Shown in pieces: positions 53,651-64,000 of a stretch of 64,000 nucleotides of DNA (its first letter is position 1; every line of letters begins with the position of its first letter). The translations under genes and the position numbers were made by a program. Location of the stretch: contig CM022678.1 of assembly GCA_012295275.1 (NCBI GenBank), positions 19,096,001 through 19,160,000 of the forward strand, read 5' to 3'. Source of the DNA: Chrysomallon squamiferum (Eukaryota; Animalia; Mollusca). The notes beneath the pieces were generated by a model. The model was not told the DNA's origin. It did no database searches and was given only the letters and a program-made list of their open reading frames with translations.

Positions 53651-55893
53651 TGTATGCAAAAATACGTCTTGAAAAACATATACCCCAGAGAGAGACTAAA
53701 CAACACAAGTGTAATTCATATTTCTTTAATACACTAAAACACCTTTTCCACTTTTCTTTTGCATTTTGGTCTTAAGAATTTTCTTGATAACCATCTTACA
53801 TTTAAAAACAAATAAACAACAAAAACGCGATATAATTAACTGAAAATAAAGATGAAAGAGAAGAAGAAAGAATTGAAGAAAGAATGAAAGAGAGGAAAAC
53901 GAAGAGCAGTCTGATACCGATAATTTGAAAATATATTAGACTTTCGTATTCATTCATTGACTCATTGTTTCATTTATCTATTATTTAATGTATTCATTAA
54001 TTAAACCAATCATTTATTATTTAATAAAATCAATATAGAATAAAACAAAAACAATTAAAACAAAATAATGATATCAGAGACTCAAAAGGAAAATGACAAA
54101 ATATAAAATTATAAACAATTCATTTATAACCAACACAATTCAGAATTACTGAGATGTTGAATACGTAATAAAGAATTTCGTTATAATAAGAAGAGTACAT
54201 AATGTACATAAAACAAATTACATAACACACGTTTGCTACGGACAACGTGGCAATATCTTTAACAATATCTTTAATTCAAGTATTAACACATACAAAAACA
54301 AAAACAAATAAATAAATAATTGGATATAACAATAAGTAAACGGCCGACATTAATTTAATAAATAAACAGTACATTTGGAAACATTTTTTCAGCATTTAGC
54401 TCATAAAGAATTTTTACCGATGTTAATGAAATTATTTATACCTCTCTTTAGTGTATAAAAAGTACGTTTCAGAATGTATTCGTAGAACTTTAGTGTTAAG
54501 AAAAATACTGTGTGACATGATTACTCATATATCGATATCGAAACAAGTAGTTAGCATACCTTTTGTGCCAGGTACGGATAATGGTGTCATGGTCAACTAC
54601 TTAACACTGAGTGATCACGTGAAGTACTTAACACAACAGTGTGTTCTGTTATCAGGTTGACTCGACCTGTCGATAATAGGATGTTTCCATACCGAAAAGA
54701 CTGGTCGGGCATAATGTATACAAAAGAAGAAATACTTTATCCAGTTAAATAAGTGAACACATATAAGATAAGAGTAAATTATAACGTTCTGTACTGGCCA
54801 GTTTGATTTCATCTGAGAATACAACATATTTATAATTTTAATACTGCTTGACATACACTGACAAATAAACAAAGGAGTACTTTGTACGTGAATACTTCAA
54901 TGTAGGTAAGACTGATTTTTGTTTTTATTTCGAATTTAACTTCTCAGAGAGTCAGTGCTACATTTAGATGTACCCGTACCTAAACACTTAAAGTCTTGGA
55001 AGCCATGTTTGACGTGAAATGAAATACATAGGAGAGGATTAGAAAATTTATTAAAATATTCATAATTTGTCCACAACAGAAGAGGATAAATAGTTTTCAT
55101 TGAAATTACCTCTTGAAGCTGAAAGTATAAAAATGTCGATATTATGATCCACGTTTCATTTCCATATTAAAAACGAATAAACAGCCTGGATCCTTACAAA
55201 TAACTCATTCATGAGTAAATATGTACACATATGACAAAGACATGCGGTCATTACAGTGTTTATATTGTTGGTAATGCGATAATATTATAACAGTATCTTT
55301 CTATAAAACATTGCTTATATAGCTTTTATTGTTGCTGATTTTCTTATTATTGTTGTAGTAGTTGTTGTTGATGTTTTTAGCTCGGGTAATCTGCTTTGCA
55401 ACTGAGATCCCCCACCGCATAATTCTCCCCTGAAGCGACATTTGAACAACGAATATACTTCATACAGAGACACGGTCGGACCTTTAGTTTGGCCTGAATA
55501 AGAAAAATTCGAACATTTTATTGAAGTATACGCAGAGGCCGAATGTTTCTGTTATATTTTATCTTTTTCTAATTTCATGGAATTTACTAATACATGGTTT
55601 CAGATTTGTTTGATCACGTTCGCTAAATAGCTACGTTTCGTAGAAAATAATATTCAAGTTTGAAGTAAGATATCGATCTGATTTATTCACGAATTGCCTT
55701 TTGATATTTAAGATTATAATTACAAAGAGGTATTATAAACAAGTGCATTACAAACAAATTAAAAACACGTTAAATAAAAATTCAGCTTGGGTCAGAAAAG
55801 AAAAGATGATATAAATCGATGGGAAAGACTTTGGAATCAATAAAATTTAGATGGCGAAAGTTTTACTGGTAAAAAGTAAAAAAAAAAAAAGGA

Positions 55894-55943
<50 letters not shown>

Positions 55944-57881
55944 TAATAATAATTATAAATCAGATTGATCTCACTTTCGAAATAACAATGTTTTACTCAA
56001 TATTTAAACCTAGACATAACACAAAGTTATTACAAAATATGTCTTATGTAGAGAATACAGTGATTATCTCCTCTTACTCACCCGATTCATGGAATTTAAA
56101 AAGGAAAGTAGAAAATAGTGGTTATATAAACTGACAGTTTGTTTCATTATAAGCGACACCAGCGAGAACGTGTAAGTTTGATTTAAATTGGTTGTTCCGT
56201 TGATATGCTGAATTTTTAACAAACAGTTTTTTCATTACTTGTCTATCAAATCATAACTATGATTCACGAATAGTTAACTGATATATAAGTTATAATAACA
56301 AGGAAGTGTAATCTACATATAACCAAGAAGCAAATAATTCAGCAAATTAACTAAAGATTCAGCTAAGTCCAGGAAAGGTAAAAACTGGTAAATCGATGAG
56401 ATTGCTTTTTTTTTGGAACCAGTAAGATTTTGATGGCCGAATACATATCAGTGTTTAGATAACGGAAAGGCAAATAATTTTTGTTTTAATTATTTTATTT
56501 TAGCATTATTAAATTTATAATCTAGACGAAGGTCATTTGTTTCATTGACACAAACATTAGACATGTGCAGTTTCTGCATTTTATAGAAACTGATAAATTA
56601 TACTATAAAAAGGTTATTCAATATTGCTTACATCTTCCGGGTGTGTTTCAGTGACCTATTTCAATAACTTAGTTTGACACCGCAGTTTCGGTTTGTGTAT
56701 GTTTATATATCGGCTGAGTAGTCACACATTCAACTCATGTTGCATGATAAAAGTAAATAACAATTAAAACTGTCGGGGGTCCTAGCGTTATTAGATATAA
56801 AGTAGAAATCTGTGTTATGTACTGGTTGGGTTCTATTTCATTTTAACATTGATCCAAATATTTAGCTTTAATTTCTATGTCCACAAAAATTAGTCTCATT
56901 TGTTTTCATTGTGTTTAGACACGTTCGAGAAGATTAATAGATAAATTATGTAGAAAAAAAAAAATTATTTCATGTTCGCATACACGTTCTTTAATGCAGC
57001 ATCTAGCCAAATAAATTCAATAGCCGAAAGTTTTCCTTATTTTTCTAGTTCCACGAAAATTTGTAATGCGTTTTTTCAGTATGTTTATCACGTTGACTAA
57101 ATAGACTCATTTCGTAAGAAATAAAGTTTAAGGTACCATTAAAATAAACATCTGATTGATGAATTGCCTTTAGATATATAACTGTTATTTCAAGAAAGAA
57201 GTATAATAAACAAATAACACAAGACGTTAAATAGAATTCAACTTAGCTCAGAAAAGACAAGATCTCGTAAATCGATGAGAAAGATTTTTTGGAATCAGCA
57301 AGACTGAGGTGGCACAAGTTTTATTTCTCTGCAGGTTAGTAGACTGGAAAAAGAAAAAGTAAAAAGAAAAAAGATAGAAAGAAAATAATAATACTAATAC
57401 CAAAAATAATAATAATAATAACGATAATAACAATAATAATAATAATTATCATAATTGGAATTATAAGCAACCCTTCATCGGTTTGAATCTGCTTTCGAAA
57501 TCAAAATATTTTGTTTTATAGTCAAACCTACACATAACATTACCGTTTTAGAAAAGGAAGCTACTCATAAATCCAAGGCAATGTTTTTGTGGAACCAGTA
57601 AGATTTTGATAGCCTAATGAAGTTAGTATTGATTTAAGGGTGATCAAATGTTTCTTTTTTCTTCGTTTTTCAGTTTCCTTTCTTTCTTTCTTTCTTTTTA
57701 TTGTTATAATTTTTATTTACATTTTTATAGAATATTTTCATTGTTTTTCATTAATTTTAAAATCTAGACGCATGCAATTTAGTTGATTATTCTGTGACCG
57801 GAACATAGACATAAATATATGATGTTCAATACACTGGAAAAAAGAAATTAATAAACTATTTTATGACTTTCTTTCAGGATA

Positions 57882-57945
57882 ATGGCTGCGAAGAAACAGC
57901 ACAGCACAACGTCATTAGACGCGGATTTTGCAAGGATAAAAATTG
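57882..57945 (+). CDS. Copy 6, first coding micro-exon (MAAKKQHSTTSLDADFARIKI + 1 nt)
   Basis: ctttcag|GATAATG, 64 nt, donor GTGAGA at 57946. Confidence 0.82.
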
Positions 57946-58282
57946 GTGAGAAATTCTAGTTACAATGATAATGAAACAATTGTATTTTGTTGCATTACTG
58001 CTTCATGCGAAACTGTTCTACTTTTTTACATAAACGCGTTATTCTCTCTCTTACAGATATTTATATTCAGACATCTGAATAAAAACACAGACATACGCAG
58101 ACACACACACATAATTATACAAAAAAGATGGCAAGAGAGACATTCAGTAAATGAAGCATTATGTGATTACGAATCTGCAATTTTAAAAGAAAACAATTTC
58201 GAACATCTTATCTTTAGAAAGGTACTTTTCCCCCGAAGTTATTCTTTCAGAAATCTGCAATTATGTAGATTTTATTTTTCAG

Positions 58283-58436
58283 CTACGGATGAGGACATTT
58301 CCTTGGAAAATAGACTGGAATCGTTTCCTCACTCCTTTCATCTCACAGATGTCATGCTCTGCACTAAACAACGTAGAGAAAAAATACTTGTAAAGTTACA
58401 ACGAGAACCGGAAGAAGAGAAACAGATGGAAAGAAA
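58283..58436 (+). CDS. Copy 6, start of the main exon, truncated by an assembly gap
   Basis: tttttcag|CTACGGATGAGGAC encodes TDEDISLENRLESFPHSFHLTDVMLCTKQRREKILVKLQREPEEEKQMER, in phase with exon 1. Intactness of the remainder is unknown. Confidence 0.8.
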
Positions 58437-58636
58437 NNNNNNNNNNNNNNNNNNNNNNNNNNNNNNNNNNNNNNNNNNNNNNNNNNNNNNNNNNNNNNNN
58501 NNNNNNNNNNNNNNNNNNNNNNNNNNNNNNNNNNNNNNNNNNNNNNNNNNNNNNNNNNNNNNNNNNNNNNNNNNNNNNNNNNNNNNNNNNNNNNNNNNNN
58601 NNNNNNNNNNNNNNNNNNNNNNNNNNNNNNNNNNNN
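58437..58636. other. Assembly gap (200 N), probably hiding ~2 kb or more of copy 6
   Basis: Run of N inside a coding exon; the family's 3'-flank sequence resumes at ~60730. Confidence 0.95.
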
Positions 58637-59940
58637 TTATTAGAAAATTGAAATATCTTTCTCTATTATGAGTTTATTACCAAGATTTTTTTTTTTTTTT
58701 TTCAGTCAAAAATCTGATTTATTTAAAACCTTTATCTGTTTTCAGTGGTTTATTTATTATTGTTGTTGTTGTTTCAAATTTCCTCTCATGACGTCATTTT
58801 AATTAACTGAACAGAATTATTTGAACTTTTTTATCAGGGTTTAGAGAAGGATTCTGGAAATGGAGCTGCACAAAAGCAGGTAATGTGTGAATTTGTATTT
58901 ATTTTCTTTCTTAGTTTTTATTTTTTTTTTTTTTTATAATTATTGGTCATAGTAAAGAGATACTCATTCTCTGCTTAATATATGTTCAAACTTCCCTTTA
59001 CATTTTAATGGTGTTTTCAGTGTTGTTGAAGAAGTTGTTCTTACATTGTTGAATCTACATACATATATTTGATAAATTGATTGTCTAACATTGTAAGTGC
59101 TAAAAATAGAAATGAGAATAATGAATAGTAGTAAATAGAGTGAGTTATCTGTGATATACTATGAGTTGTCTTCAAAATATATATACATTGGAATAAAGAA
59201 AGTCTAATTTCAGTTGGTTATATTATTAACACAAATTTAAAATAGAGAATTAGGACATTAACCAAAAAATTGTTACATAAGGGACTTTAAATATAGGTCA
59301 TTTTATTTTATTAATTTTTCAAATTTTTAATTTGATCGGTTTTTGGATATTTACTAATGTCCTTATTGAGTAGATTTAAATATTTTTCTCTATTATGAGT
59401 TTATTTACGATTTTTTTGTCAAAAAACTGATTTATTTTAAACGTTTTGTCAGTTTTCAATGGTTTATTTATTATTATGGTTGTTGTTTGTGGTCTTTTTT
59501 TTTTTTTTTTTTTTTCAAATTTTCTCTTATGATGTCAATTTATGTAACTGAACAGAATTATTAGCCTTTTTTTCTTTTTTTTTACAGGATTCTGTTTGTC
59601 TGCAAAAAACATCTGGAAATGAAGCTGCACAGAACTAGGTGATGTGTGAATTACTAAGCCACATCAAAAAAAAAATATCAACACTGAAATGAAAATATTT
59701 CTCTTGACTTATTTGTCAGATGACTTATTGCAGAAGAAGTTTTTTTCTCGTTAAATGACTCTAGATTGGTGATACAATTTTCTTCAGATGGATCATTACT
59801 GCTTCATCTTTTTCTCTAGATTAAGTTGTCTCATAATTAAAACCTTGTCACGTGACGCTATTATAGTCTGCTACCTTATAGACGGGGGACGAACCCAATT
59901 TTAGGTATTATACAATTCAGACTAGTCACCGTGACACTTG

Positions 59941-59974
<34 letters not shown>

Positions 59975-60729
59975 TTACATTGTAGCAGTGCTACAAAAAT
60001 AGAAATGAGAATATGTATAACTAAGAAGTTTAGTCTGTTTTTCTGATGCAGGATGGTTTATTATTATTATTATTATTTATTACTAGTTTTTTTATTACAT
60101 TTTATTACTTTTTTATTTTTATTTTTTAAGTGTTTTCTTATTTTTGTAAATAGTTTTTGTTACCTACTGACAATTTATTTGTAGATTTTAATGATCTTCA
60201 AGATATGGTTCTGTGTTTTAAGATCTGAAGTTACGGGTATTAATGTAAGAGCAGAACAAATTTATATTTCTATTTTTAGCATGACCAGACAAACAGCTTA
60301 CAAGATGGCTGCTGTTTTCTTTCCTGTTCCAACCATATACCCAGCAGAACAGCTTTATCAAAAGCTGTTAAAGCATGTTTCAATATAGAAACACTTATTA
60401 AACATTTGTTTAGAACTAAGTAGTCAGCAGGTTTCTTCTCTTGTATCATTTAATAAACTACATTGTTGGCCTCAGATGCTGTTGGTTGTGGGATCAACCT
60501 TCAGTCCCACTATGCTGAAATAGTAATAATGGACTAAAGGCTCATAAAGGAATTTGCTGCTGCTATGTATTCATGCCTGATACTAGTTTTTAACCAACAC
60601 CAGAGAAAAAAATTGAAGAAAAATACAACAAAACTTTAAGGCAGTAATGTCTTCAAATGTATTACTAAACTGTTTTAACAATACAGTCAGCAAAAGGTAA
60701 ACGGAGTAGCAGCACTTTATCAATCTAAT

Positions 60730-61171
60730 TTAAATTTGAAAATTTAATTTTTTCGTATTTAAATGCAATTCTAATTTAAAATATAGAAATAATATTTAGG
60801 AGTAAAACACTACTACTACTATTACTGCTATTTCTACTATAACTACTGCTACTATTAACAACTATTTCTGCTACAGCTACTGCTGATAATAATGGTTGTT
60901 ACGTAATCAAACAAAAATTAGCAGTATCGTGATTTATTAAGGAATAACTTTCCAGTCCACTTTCAAATCATGATCTCAAAAAAAATAAATAAAAAAAAAT
61001 CAATAAATAAAATGATATAAATGAACGAATCTAAGTATCAATAGTACTAATGCGATGAATGAACAGAAAATATTAGAAAGATAGATGGATGTAGATCGTC
61101 TAATAAAGAGAGCGACGTAGACGAGTTTGTTTTATTGCCTTTTGTCATCGTTAAACAAAACCACATGAAAA

Positions 61172-61266
<95 letters not shown>

Positions 61267-61510
61267 CAAAAATAGGTATTGAAAAACATATACGCCATAG
61301 AGACACAAAACAACACAAGCGTAATTCTTATTTCTTCAATACACTTACACACGTTTTCCACTTTTGGTCTTTCGAATGTTCTTGATAGCCGTCCTACATT
61401 TATAAACAAACAAACAACTAAAACGCGATGTAATTAACTTAAAATAAAGAAAAAGAGAAGAAGAAAGAAATGAAGAAATGATATTGGTAATTTTAAAATA
61501 TATTAGACTT
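60730..61510. repeat. Paralogous 3'-flank block (partner ~53055-53945)
   Basis: Shared ttttcgtatttaaatgc, aaggaataactttccagtccactttcaaatc, gtagatcgtctaataaagagag and (CT)n(GT)n in the same order. Confidence 0.88.
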
Positions 61511-62434
61511 TTATGTAGTAATAAGTTAGTTTTATTTTTATGCTAATGATCGACACAATTCAAACTAATTAACACATTTAAACAACATGAAAATTAAGAT
61601 CATTCACACGGTAGAAATAATAGAGCAGCAACAACAACAACTGTGAAAAAAAAATACTGAGAAAAATAACTAGTAACAATAACAATTAGAGTGACAATAA
61701 CAAAAACAATAACGATATTAATAATAATAATAATAATAATCATCATCATCATCAATATCGTCATCACTGTCATCAGCTTATTGTTTTTAATTTTCTTTTT
61801 TTTTCGTTTGTTATGGTTGTTGCTGCTGATGCTGCTGATTTTGAAATTTTCACTTCTTGTAAATATTATTAAATATTTGTTTTTGACATATAAAATAGTT
61901 ATTTTATTAATAATTATTACTGTTTTGCTATTATTAAATAAATAAATAAATCTAGTGTACAATGTCAAAACTGTGCGTAATGTTTCGCAAAGAAAAACTA
62001 AAACTTAGCAGTTCAATTCTGTCTAACAAAAAATATCCTGGAAAAATAAATGAATTAATACACCGCTTACAAACATGAAAAATAAATAAATAAATAAATA
62101 ACAAACAAAAGGAACGCATAAATATATGAATGCAGGCATGTGCATAGGTAGGTATGCAAATATTTACGATAACTGAACAATATTTGTTTATTCATATAAA
62201 TATAATTATGTCCTTTTGTGTTTTTCAATGTAAACAAAACGCTTTTGTTTTTTGCAATTTTGTTTGTTTCTTTTGGTCGGTATAATTACTTACACAGAAG
62301 TAACCTACTTTTTAATTTTAGCTTTTCTTTGAAATATATCAAACAAACCCATTTGTTTACTAAATACCACTTTTGTTTGTTCCCAACATCGACAGTGGTG
62401 TCTAGGATACGCGGTGACGTCATAATGTTTTGAA

Positions 62435-62507
62435 CACATGTTGAAAGATAATTAACCTTGCCGAGTTGAAGCTCTATTTCAGCATGCATTTAGTGTTCAT
62501 AATAATT

Positions 62508-62586
<79 letters not shown>

Positions 62587-63424
62587 TAGATATATAAAAT
62601 AAAATAGAATAAATGGAAACGATTTCTGTAATCTAAATAACTGTTACTGGTATTTATATTTTTATTAGAAACTTGAATTCAGGACGGAAGGAAACAGCGA
62701 GTTGTCACACGAGTTATTCCCCTTGACGAGTCCAAACATTTCTTACAGGAAAGAAACTGAAATTGTGTGAAAGATAACCGAATCAGTAAATATATAAATA
62801 AATAAAAAAATAAACAAACAAATAAATAAAACTTCAATCTTTATTTTTATAAATTAGTTATTACTTATACATAAATATGTCTCACTGCATTTTTCTTTTA
62901 AAATTCATTTCAGATTTACAGCTTGGTCAAACCAGATTTATCAAACGGGAAGAACAACTAACAGGTGTATGTATATCTGTATATACTAGTATTTAGAAAT
63001 AATTCTTACATTTGACTGTAACGTTATTAATTCATCTCATGCGTGTTACTTTATCTATATTTATATTTTTATTAGAAACTTGAATTCAGGATGCAAGGAA
63101 ACAGCGAGTTCTAACAGGAGTAATTCCCCTTGACGAGTCCGAATATTTCTTACAGCAAAGAAACTGAAATTTAAATATAAATAAAAATAAAATGAAATGA
63201 TTAAAACGTAATAATAATAAACATAAATTACGGATAACGTTATACAGGAGAAAATACAAATTTTTGTTGAACCTTTAAGCTTGATAATCTGATTGAAGTA
63301 TGTGAAAAATAACCGAATCAGTAAATATATAAATAAATAAATAAATAAAAGACAGAATATCTAGGCCGCTCTTTCAACACGTTCGTTGTTTCTTACTTGA
63401 TTGCATTAGTAATTTTTCTTTTAA

Positions 63425-63479
<55 letters not shown>

Positions 63480-64000
63480 TGTATATAAATGATAGTTAAT
63501 TTCAAAACTTCATTCTTTATTTTTATAAATTCGTTATTCATTTCAGATTTACAGCTTGGTCAAACCAGATTTATCAAACGGCAAGAACAACTAACAGGTG
63601 TATATCTGTATATGCTAGTATTTAGAAATTATACTTCTATTTGACTGTAACGTTATTGATTCATCTCATGCGTGTTACTTTATCTACACGTTTATTTCAA
63701 ACATTCAGAGTCCAGTTTCATGACAGAGAGCACACAAAGTCTGCAGATTTTGAATGTGCAACGAAAACATAAAATGTGATAATTTCAAATGTTTACTTCC
63801 TGGGGACTGAACATCGGCTTAATTCGGGGTATATAGACACGGAAACCGAACTAAAATAAAATCAGAACAAAATAAAACAAGAACAGTTAAAATAAGTAAA
63901 GATATCAAAGGCTCAAATTGAAAATTACAAAATATGAAATTATAAACAATTCATTTATAATCAACAGAAGGCAGAATTACTAAGACGCTGAATATGTAAT
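62435..64000. repeat. Paralogous block (partner ~12110-12950) with internal tandem duplications
   Basis: tgaagctctatttcagcatgcatt and ttcatttcagatttacagcttggtcaaaccagatttatcaaa are shared with 12140/12480. The latter occurs twice here (62904, 63537), as does tagaaacttgaattcagga (62666, 63073). Confidence 0.85.

Noticed and set aside
57668-57678. ISRE/IRF-like GAAACTGAAA matches (here on the minus strand; also ~18033, 62754, 63160)
   Set aside because: Tempting given the IFIT similarity, but they are not positionally conserved among paralogs and such matches arise easily in AT-rich DNA.
57943-58671. 242-aa ORF
   Set aside because: It reads through the intron and the N gap; only 58283-58436 is coding in this frame.

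Overview
AT-rich, microsatellite-rich eukaryotic genomic DNA (an invertebrate animal; mollusc/cephalopod-like by composition only, which is inference) with three 200-N assembly gaps. The window is a same-strand tandem cluster of one gene family. Each gene has a 64-67 nt ATG micro-exon, a phase-1 intron and one ~2.1 kb exon, and encodes ~730 aa: an IFIT/TTC22-like TPR array followed by a C-terminal TIR/SEFIR-like alpha/beta domain. I count two apparently intact copies (2373-5068; 42148-44793), one copy with a 1-nt frameshift (27180-29794), one full-length pseudogene (49596-52042), one copy cut by a gap (57882->58436), and three small remnants (~11.85 kb, 31.7 kb, 46.8 kb). Paralogs look like mosaics, suggesting gene conversion, and a ~9 kb near-identical duplication at ~15 kb offset carries copies 2 and 3. 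Intergenic DNA is built from degenerate same-strand modules, a Tigger/pogo transposase relic and a 24-bp minisatellite. The best candidate for a novel system is an expanded IFIT-like TPR-TIR innate-immune sensor family. All domain calls come from by-eye motif comparison; no searches were run.
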